A stretch of 64,000 nt of DNA, taken from positions 160,001-224,000 of the IMG/VR virus record IMGVR_UViG_3300028591_000072; one strand, given 5' to 3'. Positions 12,501 to 19,804 of the stretch are shown here, piece after piece. The position numbers were made by a program, and so were the translations under genes. The stretch comes from a virus (lineage: Duplodnaviria; Caudoviricetes). Positions within the stretch are counted from its first letter, which is position 1, and each line of letters starts with the position of its first letter. A model generated the notes under the pieces. It was given only the letters and a program-made list of their open reading frames with translations, did not search any database and was not told the origin of the DNA.

Positions 12501-12581
12501 AAGATTAAGGAAATTCAAAATAGGAATATGAAATCAGATAAACTATCAGGTAAAAGGGGTGGAAAATTTGGAAAATGGTAA
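6546..12581 (+). CDS. Large baseplate hub protein (gp27/VgrG-like) with a C-terminal N-acetylmuramoyl-L-alanine amidase (Amidase_3-like) domain
   Basis: The hub-like end (YECTVEMMGNMQIFPPMYFQLNNIPMWRGAYMIKKVTHSI...TTFVGVK) is followed by IICITPAH...E, VSVVPHWN and CVLTENFF, an H-E-H-E zinc amidase pattern at about 11670-12440. Confidence 0.6.
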   Translation: MREFENNVGRLRYFDPNATVLENREGTYSDSITFPYEDYNMAVDLQIRVFNRYSCGLGDMTGEMKSYEYSTKNGTLSFLGGTDGILTTNYTDISMVNPSGNTSECLGIESIQVTYDSWLHPTVNIVFIDVRGGTVMQPAESHYYNDLEEGSNYQIYRALFSFPYPLFLLKVKGFYGRGVTYRLAVNRTDIEFDASSGNFKISVDFIGHIYGLFADIPMTYIAIAPYTEEGNRYWEQKVSDKTFWFYSMSSSGEPIEKSPMIKFPELALRAAEVAFSQPAAKIKADTQKTLQDLDSEIESLNGIVTEYRNIFENNSNVVLFEDGKVFPYFSYIAYFGNGNLFGNDGEKEAFNSFIEHVKNHDTSYGTSYEYRFGRLSSFVQNSWLDSEKYVKYKRNENGTFEFDGYAGWVTKKELTYGDSKLTDIFDLTKNPDLGNFLKNSSKIEGIPVDNVKIYAFRNSGEKIGDIINNKIPENIKKIQKSKEISEKEGKEKQVSYIEDALGFRPSIKNMYDLAFAHLDTFMHVYYETLKKIRMQLEKKGDERKKITYSLTDDLTDCERSSGINLNQYENNFVRGDFLPPFAGIYKYMDDADNYTKKRTMMWPGDLPNGDSSLEEVKFIFDLLNGSKLYFERSEEVNFEIEKFRSSGSTNVSSGRHPMADVKNFIPLTVYDIANNGYVANPYSSIALKIKNEVDIDEIIGDVYGIFSLRLFYYMNSFDSGKNTNTNEAAFFGRLDAINFFKAVGKSESTVLYKFLSEFADGEDMRKDRKKFEDAITYGDDSVDSKTKMVKSWRIDSSSGTNRSLFTRSGKVYRYSYSKTDTVECSNGVLSVKVPIKYFPVKIEGMNELKKSFSNGFPRNNEGFISSISHEAYSGTTDGYRVGKTMNGGTFLLYETRDYIKNLYKNIEDELNQEKSENGNSITDEDINAIKAKSTFKGFSNNIDSSVKPKIRKYAIEKTKSDEKLSIDEMIKNGSLESMDSYQIVHPDAIDDARNQNQLDANGETSVRDARSVLETPLYWLQDNVYAKAMLFIQGALITDGILGMEYKNNSVVQRASLLREGSTYWYHDNYDLVKTEGHCKFKYSIDKDGNCTEIEGDYKFKKPNQNQMFISNYSENGDGINDNQALIYDNFETYNPIPYDSNAQYYDTPYYGGIKQKETKDVSKSRVEYLKKYFESWVENEFAPVLDCYEDITLYGDKERRKYGDGLDISLVTGAMSSGESNRIPRARKLQECLKGVYFNSCTIFDYYGGFYNNVMSVKESVFTSGFRAFMKQLRAIYGDMADATQNEINDAFAKKYAEDPFRNKDLRLSTYMTLKSLYDKWICSSLKGEKTWRFNRTDFEHNKRINSDRNYYNAHRGEYELDNFIYVDSFYRDIGYDLTINLTKFVDWIGKCLPTSDMHSVEGIMSYNSKTLYEFLTDIAIDCGAILLAIPQRFMFDCGENIKKVFTPIPSCQDWDDDTYTYMFLYNYKPSEHLGTQEPTNIDMNGWSPEGDGFDLTDKDIVGELFDENDIGYGVPAFGVTFAKQNQSYFKNISLTTKQHGVTEAGLNATFQIAAKSSETVRETTLYGQDIYKVFSNNSYECTVEMMGNMQIFPPMYFQLNNIPMWRGAYMIKKVTHSIRPGDITTTFVGVKQNKYLIPMANATIASLGTNEKRNSSSESNNETVVSELSVFVDGSQGIGVKQIPQNLGKNISEDADLDKDDISPTKPIICITPAHSTTHKALEHSWSTKIVDNYIIPKLKRQTFMDGTSYEKHVFRGGRTNRPNRESNSYDLDPVRHLISKYGSNCVVSVVPHWNGAHGQYYMAIYGKINEGSCTKYINEEGKEAYKDCTASMAYFRADSRKFGEFFRAAANEAYSKRDTYSTMPNGMMDGGITTEKNGPLKYLLKPDNTDPAPMVNCSCVLTENFFADYSVNSVSWQGPDYDKKDSEGRYQTGRAWLESEEGLNVISDIHVNAIVNYINSLKENTVNPPIEDGQKKQQEFKEKIKEIQNRNMKSDKLSGKRGGKFGKW

Positions 12582-12587
12582 ATTATT

Positions 12588-12616
12588 TTTGTAATAATTT
12601 TAAAATTTTGTATATT
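12588..12616 (+). promoter_or_regulatory. Putative early/host-RNAP-type promoter, TTTG-N19-TATATT
   Basis: TTTG at 12588-12591 and TTTTGTATATT ending at 12616. The same arrangement recurs at 14441, at 18438 and, more weakly, at 19723. Confidence 0.45.
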
Positions 12617-12633
12617 GATTAAAATTTTTATTG

Positions 12634-13224
12634 ATGAGAAAGATTGCTAATATTTTGACTAAAAATTTATTTAATGATAAAATATTTTATAATGTTGTTG
12701 AAAATAAAAACGATATAATTCGTGGACTTCCTGTTTTATGTGTTGGTGTTGATTTTACAAAAAAGAATTATCCTAATTTTAACAGGATAAATATGAAAAT
12801 TGATGAACTTACAAGTTGGACTTATGGACCACGTGAAAAAAGAAACATATACGAGTCAAGACTAAAACTATTTATTAGCGATGCTATAGAAAAATTTAAG
12901 TCAAATATTAACTATAGATATGTTAATGTTATTGTCGATAAAGATTCTAAAGAATTTTCTACAGTTAAAGAAATGTCTAATAGTGGTGATAAAAAAGTTA
13001 TATCGTTTATTTACAATGGCGTTATATATATGTACGATAACATTAATACTGTTTACGGAGTTTCAATAAGGGAGATGTCGTATATTGGAATTGATGTCAA
13101 GTCTTTTTTAAGAAATATGTATTTAAATACAACTGTTATAACGAATAAAGATTCTATACCGTTAGATGTTAGAATATTGTTTAATGGTTGCGATTATTTA
13201 ATACCTTGTTTGTTTTCTAACTGA
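12634..13224 (+). CDS. Hypothetical protein
   Basis: Clean 196-aa ORF (ATG at 12634, after the TTG at 12631) preceded by a promoter-like motif. No recognisable domain. Confidence 0.75.
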   Translation: MRKIANILTKNLFNDKIFYNVVENKNDIIRGLPVLCVGVDFTKKNYPNFNRINMKIDELTSWTYGPREKRNIYESRLKLFISDAIEKFKSNINYRYVNVIVDKDSKEFSTVKEMSNSGDKKVISFIYNGVIYMYDNINTVYGVSIREMSYIGIDVKSFLRNMYLNTTVITNKDSIPLDVRILFNGCDYLIPCLFSN

Positions 13225-13248
13225 TATAATTAGTTTTTTGTTTTTAAA

Positions 13249-13258
13249 ACTATTTATA
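13249..13258 (+). promoter_or_regulatory. Putative phage late-promoter motif ACTATTTATA
   Basis: TATTTAT core ends 17 nt upstream of the ATG at 13275. The same core occurs at 17473, 22153, 31270, 40659 and 43103. Confidence 0.45.
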
Positions 13259-13274
13259 TGTAAAATATTATATT

Positions 13275-13604
13275 ATGTTTTCACCTAGAATAGTGGTTAA
13301 AAGATATGGATTGGTAAAAAAGATGGCAAAAAAAAGTATTAAAGATGAAAAAATGCTTGATAATTTTTTAGGAAGCCATAATGAGGAAAAGATAGATGAT
13401 GAAGTAAAAGAAAGTAAGAATAATAAGAAAAAAAACAAAAAAGATATGGCAATTAATGAAGAACAAATTTCAGCTGCTGAAGAGCAAGCAAGTGCGTTAT
13501 CTAATAATGTAAAAGTTGTAAAAAAAGAACGTGGCTTGATTGAAAGAACCGAGTCATCTAAAATAATTCTTACAGAGGATAATAGACAAGTGTTAAATGA
13601 CTAA
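13275..13604 (+). CDS. Hypothetical Lys-rich protein
   Basis: 109-aa ORF after a TATTTAT motif. It overlaps the next gene by 8 nt. Confidence 0.7.
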   Translation: MFSPRIVVKRYGLVKKMAKKSIKDEKMLDNFLGSHNEEKIDDEVKESKNNKKKNKKDMAINEEQISAAEEQASALSNNVKVVKKERGLIERTESSKIILTEDNRQVLND

Positions 13605-14409
13605 GAATAGTTTAAACGAAATAAGATATAATTTTAGGCATTTGGTTGAGTATGTAACGCCAGAAGGTGTTGTTGAAGATGAAAATGACCCAAATGCTAT
13701 GGGTGGTAGTGACCCAAATGCCGCTGGAGATTCTATGGGTGGTGACCCAATGGCTATGGGTGGTGACCAAAATGCCATGGGTGGTGACCCAAATGCTATG
13801 GGTGGTGACCCAAATGCTATGGGTGGCGCTCCTATGGGTGGCGACCCTAATGCAATGGGTGACGGACAATCACCTGAAGGCTTTTCTCCACAGGGGGTTG
13901 AACAAGATGCGGGAATGGATGGCATGGGTGGTGACCCTAATTCAATTGGCGGAGACCAAAACATGCCCGGTCCTAATGATGAAGTTATAGAAATTGATGA
14001 TTTAACTAATGCTCAGGAAGACACTGATAAAAAAGTTGATTCTCTAACTTCTAAATTTGAAAAATTAATGTCATCAATTGACGGAATAGAAAAAAGAATA
14101 AATGACATTGATGCACATACGAATCAATATCTTGGAGCACTTAAAGGCGAAATGGAGAAAAGAAATCCAACTCCTTTGCAGAGGTTAACTATGCGTTCAA
14201 CAAAGTCGGCGCCATACGATATGACACCAAATGAGTATATGAACAATTATGCGCCTGATAATTATAGTGATGCACCAGACAACAATGGCGCTGATGACCC
14301 TCAATATAAAATAACAAAGGGAGATATTGATGATTTTGTTGATTATGGCTCAATTGCAAGAGATATTGAAAACAAGAAAATTGGATTAAATGATATATTT
14401 GGATATTAA
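13597..14409 (+). CDS. Acidic low-complexity protein with MGGDPNA repeats and a coiled coil (scaffold- or core-like; function unknown)
   Basis: Repeats in the N-terminal half, a heptad-like segment LTNAQEDTDKKVDSLTSKFEKLMSSIDGIEKRINDI, and a strong terminator after the stop. Confidence 0.75.
   Translation: MTKNSLNEIRYNFRHLVEYVTPEGVVEDENDPNAMGGSDPNAAGDSMGGDPMAMGGDQNAMGGDPNAMGGDPNAMGGAPMGGDPNAMGDGQSPEGFSPQGVEQDAGMDGMGGDPNSIGGDQNMPGPNDEVIEIDDLTNAQEDTDKKVDSLTSKFEKLMSSIDGIEKRINDIDAHTNQYLGALKGEMEKRNPTPLQRLTMRSTKSAPYDMTPNEYMNNYAPDNYSDAPDNNGADDPQYKITKGDIDDFVDYGSIARDIENKKIGLNDIFGY
13687..13965 (+). repeat. Imperfect in-frame 21-nt tandem repeat (ATGGGTGGTGACCCAAATGCT, encoding MGGDPNA), about 9-10 units
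   Basis: Read directly from the sequence. The purest array is at about 13735-13860. Confidence 0.9.
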
Positions 14410-14411
14410 TG

Positions 14412-14451
14412 ATTATTGGGCTACATTTGTGGCCCAATAATTGTTTTTTTT
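14412..14451 (+). terminator. Intrinsic terminator
   Basis: ATTATTGGGCTAC-ATTT-GTGGCCCAATAAT hairpin followed by TGTTTTTTTT. Confidence 0.8.
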
Positions 14452-14469
14452 GTAAACTTTTTGTATATT
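14441..14469 (+). promoter_or_regulatory. Putative early/host-RNAP-type promoter for the SSB-tdk-recA operon
   Basis: TTG at 14441 and TTTTTGTATATT ending at 14469, matching the motif at 12588 and 18438. Confidence 0.45.
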
Positions 14470-14536
14470 AAATAAAAATAGATTTTGATTTATTAACATT
14501 TTTAAAAAATAATTTTATGAAAAATTTTTGTAATTT

Positions 14537-15526
14537 ATGGGTAATTTAATTGATTTACCAAACATTAGTTTAGATTCAGTTGTAAATGAAAGAAATGATG
14601 AACAAAAACCAAAAAAAGAAGGTTTTGATGTTAAAAACTACCTGAATGTAAGGCTTTCAGATGGAGAAGACCAAAAGACGCTTACAATAAGGCTATTACC
14701 GATGGACTTGGAAACAGGTAGTCCGTTTGCGAAGATACACATTCACAACGTTAAAGTCCCTCAAGATATGGTAAAGCCTGGCGAAAAGCCGTATAAATCA
14801 TACATTTGTTTAAATAAGACGGAAGGAATTGACCATGAGAAGTATGGTACAAAATGTCCATTTTGTGAAATGAACTATGCCGCTTATTTAGAATCAACAA
14901 AGGAAACAGACCCTGTAAAAAAGAAAGCATTGCAAGAAGCGTCTCTTGCGTTTAAGAGCCAAGAGGCTGTTATTGTTAGGTGTATTGAGCGTGGAAAAGA
15001 GTCGGATGGTGTTAAGTTTTGGAAATTTAACATTAGGGCAAAAGATAAGACCGACCCATACAATCAAATTTTAAATTTGGCCAAGTTAAGGGAAGAAGCC
15101 GCAAAAAAGAAAGGCGAAGAAAACAATATTCTTGATATCTACACAGGCCGTGATTTGAATGTTACAATTACATCAGCAGAAAAATCGGCACCAAGCATTA
15201 TTGATGACGGTGACAGAAGCCCATTGTCAAAAGATGAGGAACTTATGAAGAAATGGATATTCGACACAAAGAGATGGCAAGATGTGTTTACGTGCAAGCC
15301 TTATGAATATCTTAATCTTGTTGCGCAAATGAGAACTCCATGGTTTGACAAATCAAAAGGTATTTGGGTTGACAAGGAAGAATATGATGCAGAACATGGC
15401 GCAAATACAAAAGATATTAATGACGAAATTAAAAATGCTGAAAACAAGGTAAAAGAAAACGAAAATTCTAAAAATAATTCATTTGTTAATTCATTGGAAA
15501 TTAACGATAGCGATTTACCTTATTAA
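14537..15526 (+). CDS. Single-stranded DNA-binding protein, T4 gp32-like
   Basis: TIRLLP...HIH...YICL...CPFCE zinc site, VKFWKF, GRDLNVT and an acidic C-terminal tail (INDSDLPY), in a replication context. Confidence 0.8.
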   Translation: MGNLIDLPNISLDSVVNERNDEQKPKKEGFDVKNYLNVRLSDGEDQKTLTIRLLPMDLETGSPFAKIHIHNVKVPQDMVKPGEKPYKSYICLNKTEGIDHEKYGTKCPFCEMNYAAYLESTKETDPVKKKALQEASLAFKSQEAVIVRCIERGKESDGVKFWKFNIRAKDKTDPYNQILNLAKLREEAAKKKGEENNILDIYTGRDLNVTITSAEKSAPSIIDDGDRSPLSKDEELMKKWIFDTKRWQDVFTCKPYEYLNLVAQMRTPWFDKSKGIWVDKEEYDAEHGANTKDINDEIKNAENKVKENENSKNNSFVNSLEINDSDLPY

Positions 15527-15528
15527 TT

Positions 15529-16155
15529 ATGTGTAATCACGGAAAAATTAAATTTAATTATGGAGCAATGGGTAGTGGCAAAAGTCTTCATTTGATTGCC
15601 ACGGCCCACAACTTCAAAATGCATTCAATACCTTTTATTGTTCTTAAAAGCAGAATAGATGATAGGGATGGCGAAGATATTGTTCATTCTAGGGCAATAG
15701 GAGACATTGAATGTGTTGGAATTACGGTTGAAGATAATATTTTTAGCCTTGTTTCAAATTACTTAAACGCTGATTTGTTTTATGGAGCAAAAGGCCTTAA
15801 ATGGATTCTTATAGACGAATGCCAATTTTTAACAGAAAAACAGGTTGATGAATTGGCAGCAGTTGCAGATAATTTTGGAATAAACGTTTTGTGTTACGGG
15901 CTAAGAACTGATTTTAAAACGCAATTATTTCCTGGTTCAAAAAGGCTATTTGAAATAGCAGATAGTTTTGAGGAAATAAAATCAAGTTGCTATTGCAACA
16001 GTAAGACTATTTTTAATGCAAGAATAAATAAAGAGGGTGAAATTGTTACTGACGGAGAACAAATCGAAGTCGGTGGAGATGACAGATATGTCTCTTTGTG
16101 TAGAAAATGCTATTTTGAAAAGACAAATAACCCTTTGTATAATAAAAATGATTAA
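15529..16155 (+). CDS. tdk: Thymidine kinase
   Basis: GAMGSGKS P-loop, LIDECQFL, YGLRTDF...FPGS and C-terminal zinc ligands (CYC...CRKC). Confidence 0.95.
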   Translation: MCNHGKIKFNYGAMGSGKSLHLIATAHNFKMHSIPFIVLKSRIDDRDGEDIVHSRAIGDIECVGITVEDNIFSLVSNYLNADLFYGAKGLKWILIDECQFLTEKQVDELAAVADNFGINVLCYGLRTDFKTQLFPGSKRLFEIADSFEEIKSSCYCNSKTIFNARINKEGEIVTDGEQIEVGGDDRYVSLCRKCYFEKTNNPLYNKND

Positions 16156-16157
16156 TT

Positions 16158-17378
16158 ATGGCACAGCCACAAAAAAAAGCACCTATTAAAAAGAAGAATA
16201 CAATTTCAGATTTAAAAGCAAAAATGGGATTTGGGGTTTCTGTTGAAAAGGGAAATATACAAGGAAATAGTAATGCAGATAAGCCTCTTGATTGGATATT
16301 AATGCCAAAAGCATTTCAGGATGCTTTAAAGTTACCGGGATGGCCGCAAGGGTATGTAAGCTGTTGTGTTGGTTGGCCCTCGACTGGTAAAAGTACATTG
16401 ATAAATCATGCAATAATAGCGGCACAAAGGCAAGGTTTGATACCAATTATATATGATACGGAAAATAATTTTGACTTTAATTATGCAATTGATATGGGTA
16501 TGGAAGCAACTCCTGTTTATGGCGATATTAATGTTGAAGTTGTTGACCCAGAGACTGGTGATGTTTCCATTGTCAAAGAAAATAGAATAATTGAATATGA
16601 TGGACCATTTGTCTATTTTAATAATACGATACTTGTTAATAGATATGGCGACATAGATTATTCCACCGGTAAACATGGGTCTAAAAAAAGAAACAAGGCT
16701 GTAATTGAAGATATGGTTTATTCTATAAATGAATTCTTAGAGTTACAAGCTAATGGGGAGATTGAACAAGGATTAGTATTTTTGTGGGACTCTGTTGGCT
16801 CAATTGGTGGATTGAAATCTTACAATAGTAAAGTTGGAAACAACATGTTTGATGCTGGGACAATTTCTGCTGCGTTTCAGGATATTATGGATAACTCGAT
16901 TCCTTCATCTAGAAAGGCTTCATCACCGTATACAAATACTATGATAATAATAAATAAAGTTTGGCTTGACTCAACTTCTAACCCAGTTGGGCCACCAAGT
17001 TTAGAGTTAAAAGGAGGTAAGTCAATAACTTATAGGAGTAGACTTGTTGTATTATTAGGAGGGCAATTAAAAGCTGGCATTAAAAGATTAACAGCAACAT
17101 CTAAAGGCTTTGATTATAATTATGGTATACAAACAAAAATTCGGGTTTTAAAAAATCAATTACCTTCTCCATATAATGTAACTTATCAAGGTGAATTTAT
17201 TTGTACGGATATTGGCATAATTGGTACAACAAAAGAAGAGATTGATGATTATAAGAAAAAAAGAATACCATATATTTTAGAAAAGTTAAATAATATGGCA
17301 AAAGAAAGTGGTCAAATTGAAAATTTGACATCGGAAGACATCTCATATAAAGAAAGTGATGAAGATGTTGAATATTGA
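16158..17378 (+). CDS. recA: RecA/UvsX-like recombinase
   Basis: Walker A GWPSTGKST, DTEN, Walker B VFLWDSVG, IIINKVW, KGGKSITY and the KNQL motif. Confidence 0.85.
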   Translation: MAQPQKKAPIKKKNTISDLKAKMGFGVSVEKGNIQGNSNADKPLDWILMPKAFQDALKLPGWPQGYVSCCVGWPSTGKSTLINHAIIAAQRQGLIPIIYDTENNFDFNYAIDMGMEATPVYGDINVEVVDPETGDVSIVKENRIIEYDGPFVYFNNTILVNRYGDIDYSTGKHGSKKRNKAVIEDMVYSINEFLELQANGEIEQGLVFLWDSVGSIGGLKSYNSKVGNNMFDAGTISAAFQDIMDNSIPSSRKASSPYTNTMIIINKVWLDSTSNPVGPPSLELKGGKSITYRSRLVVLLGGQLKAGIKRLTATSKGFDYNYGIQTKIRVLKNQLPSPYNVTYQGEFICTDIGIIGTTKEEIDDYKKKRIPYILEKLNNMAKESGQIENLTSEDISYKESDEDVEY

Positions 17379-17470
17379 TAAAAAATAAGAGCCTGTTCAA
17401 GGTATTTGGATAAAGATGATAAATATGCGACAAATGAATGTAAACTTTTAAGCATAATTAAAGGATAACT

Positions 17471-17479
17471 ACTATTTAT
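17471..17479 (+). promoter_or_regulatory. Putative late-promoter motif ACTATTTAT in the phoH leader
   Basis: Identical 9-mer to those at 13249, 40657 and 43101. Confidence 0.4.
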
Positions 17480-17526
17480 GTTATAAAGTAAATTACAATG
17501 TATTGTATGGCTTTTAATATAAATTA

Positions 17527-17576
17527 AACAACAATAAGGTGCTACTATGGAAATAGTAGTGCCTTTTTTTGTTGTT
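17527..17576 (+). terminator. Intrinsic terminator-like hairpin upstream of phoH
   Basis: AAGGTGCTACTAT-GGAA-ATAGTAGTGCCTT followed by a T-run. The outer AACAACAA/TTGTTGTT can extend the stem. Confidence 0.75.
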
Positions 17577-17603
17577 CGTTAATAATTCTAAAAAACTATT
17601 TTT

Positions 17604-18401
17604 ATGGCTAAGAAAAAGAGACTTGTAGAATCATTAGATGAAGATGAACTTGCTTACATTAGTGAAAAAATGTATCCAATTAAAACAAACACAATTGATT
17701 TTGAATCGTGTAAGGTACATATAAAATGTAAAAATCCACATCAAAAAGAATTTTTAAAGCAACTTGACGATAAAAATAATGTTATATGTTTTGGGGAAGG
17801 AGCTGCTGGTACCGGAAAATCTTATATTTCTTTGGCGTATAGTTTAAAACAATTGTTAAATGGCGGGTGTGAAAAAATAACAATAATTGTTCCGACTTGT
17901 CCTTCTGGTGGTGATGGAATTGAAATTGGATATTTAAAGGGAAATTATGATGAAAAAATAGGCCCGTTTCTTGAGGCTGATATTGATACAATGAAAAAAA
18001 TATTGAAAAAAAGCGGAAATTCAAACTATAACGAGGTTATTGATTATCTAATAAAAGATGGAAAAATAGACTTTCAAATTGTAAATTATATTAGAGGTAA
18101 ATCAATAAACGGTATAATATTGGTAAATGAGTGTGAACAATTTACAAAAGAAAATTTAAAATTAATTTTAACAAGAATAGAAGATGATGATAGCGAAGAA
18201 GATATGCTAACAAAGGTAATCATAACTGGTGATTTGACACAATGCGATAGAAAATTGATTAACAATAACAAAAATAAGTCTGGTATGGAATATGCAATGG
18301 ATACATTAAAGAATTTAGATGAAGTATCAATAACACGTTTTGATAATTCTGATGTTGTTAGGTCAAAAATTGTGTCAAAAATATTGGATTTATGGGATTA
18401 A
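17604..18401 (+). CDS. phoH: PhoH-like ATPase with a variant Walker B
   Basis: KNPHQKEF, Walker A GAAGTGKS, IGYLKG..EK, YIRG, LILTRI, ITGDLTQCD and DVVRS. Confidence 0.9.
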   Translation: MAKKKRLVESLDEDELAYISEKMYPIKTNTIDFESCKVHIKCKNPHQKEFLKQLDDKNNVICFGEGAAGTGKSYISLAYSLKQLLNGGCEKITIIVPTCPSGGDGIEIGYLKGNYDEKIGPFLEADIDTMKKILKKSGNSNYNEVIDYLIKDGKIDFQIVNYIRGKSINGIILVNECEQFTKENLKLILTRIEDDDSEEDMLTKVIITGDLTQCDRKLINNNKNKSGMEYAMDTLKNLDEVSITRFDNSDVVRSKIVSKILDLWD

Positions 18402-18437
18402 TTGTTGACTTTTTGTTATATTGGAACAACATAGAGC

Positions 18438-18466
18438 TTTGATTTTTGGATAAAATTTTGTATATT
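18438..18466 (+). promoter_or_regulatory. Putative early/host-RNAP-type promoter, TTTG-N19-TATATT
   Basis: TTTG at 18438-18441 and AAAATTTTGTATATT ending at 18466, nearly identical to the 12588 site. Confidence 0.45.
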
Positions 18467-18484
18467 ATATAAAAAGTGTGGGAA

Positions 18485-19720
18485 ATGGGTCAACCTGTAA
18501 GGCCAAATATAAAAGAATTACATCCTGAGTTGTCCGCAAAGCCGTTTTTTACGTTGATAATTGACGGAAACAATCTTTTGCGCCAATGTATGGCTGATAC
18601 TAAGGTGAATGCCGATGGTATTCACTATGGTGGTATATTCCAATTTTTGCTTCAAATTAAGTTAATGCTAAAAGACTATCAATATTCGTATGTTTATGTG
18701 GTTTTTGATGACTCTGAATCTGGTATTTTGAGGTATCAGTTATACAATGAATATAAAGCCAACAGAGATAAAAACTATGCAAAGCATGTTATTGATGGTG
18801 ATGAGGAAAGTGACTATTGGAAACGTTTGAATATGACTATTAAGTGTATGGAAAAGGCCATATATAATAAAAGTAAGAAAAAAGAGCGTGAAGAATCACT
18901 TTCTGACGAAGAAAAGGCTTTAAAAGAGGAAAGAAAGAAGAAAAAAGAGATTGTTGACGAAAATTTTGAACGAGAACGGAACATTATAATGCAATATTGT
19001 GATGAGTTGTTCATAAGGGTACTTTTTGATAATAAAACAGAGGGTGATGATTTCATTGCATACTACACATTACATAAAAAGCCTGAAGAAAGGGTTGTTA
19101 TAGTAAGTTCTGACCAAGATTTAACGCAATTAATAACGCCAACTGTTTCAGTTTATGACAGAAGAATTAAAAAATACCTATCTGTTAAGAACTTCAAGTC
19201 TATTAAGGGATATCCCATTGAAAATGTTGTCATAAAAAAGATTTTATGTGGTGATACATCGGACAATATAGGTAATATTAAGGGACTTTCAGAAAACAGA
19301 TTGATGGAATTGATGCCTGAAATGGCGGATAGACCAATTACAATTGAAGAGGTAAAGGAAAGGGCCCAAAAACTGATAGATGAACGAATAGAGCAAAAGA
19401 AAAAGCCATTACAATGGCATGAAAACATAGTAAATGGCGTTTCAAACAAGGAATACGATGGGGATTTCTATGAAATTAACGAAAAAATTATTGATTTAAA
19501 GCATCCTTTACTTACAAAACGAGCAGAAAATGATATTGAATCAATGATGTATGCACCTATGGACCCAGAAGGACGTTCTTTTGAAAATTTATACGAAATG
19601 ATTAAACGTGATGGAATAGAGGATTTAATGAATTCTAATTCTTTTTCAAGTTTTTTTATTCCATTTAAAGAATTGACTGATAGGGAAAAGAAAAAATTTA
19701 ATGATGAAAAAGATAATTAA
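18485..19720 (+). CDS. 5'-3' exonuclease / flap endonuclease (T4 RNase H or Pol I N-terminal-like)
   Basis: LIIDGNNL, VVFD, YKANR, EGDDFIA, SSDQDLTQL and the helix-hairpin-helix LCGDTSDNIGNIKGL. ATG 18485 is preferred over GTG 18476. Confidence 0.9.
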   Translation: MGQPVRPNIKELHPELSAKPFFTLIIDGNNLLRQCMADTKVNADGIHYGGIFQFLLQIKLMLKDYQYSYVYVVFDDSESGILRYQLYNEYKANRDKNYAKHVIDGDEESDYWKRLNMTIKCMEKAIYNKSKKKEREESLSDEEKALKEERKKKKEIVDENFERERNIIMQYCDELFIRVLFDNKTEGDDFIAYYTLHKKPEERVVIVSSDQDLTQLITPTVSVYDRRIKKYLSVKNFKSIKGYPIENVVIKKILCGDTSDNIGNIKGLSENRLMELMPEMADRPITIEEVKERAQKLIDERIEQKKKPLQWHENIVNGVSNKEYDGDFYEINEKIIDLKHPLLTKRAENDIESMMYAPMDPEGRSFENLYEMIKRDGIEDLMNSNSFSSFFIPFKELTDREKKKFNDEKDN

Positions 19721-19804
19721 TCTTTGTTTTTTTAAAAATAATTTTATATGATATAAGTACAATTTGAACTTAAGTATATTGTTTAATTTTTAAAATTTAA
19801 AATT

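Noticed and set aside
13687-13965. Tandem repeat as a CRISPR array
   Set aside because: The 21-nt units are contiguous and in-frame, vary at codon third positions and have no unique spacers. No cas genes are present.
17379-17603. tRNA or known riboswitch in the longest intergenic gap
   Set aside because: No cloverleaf, T-loop or recognisable aptamer. Only the terminator-like hairpin is supported.
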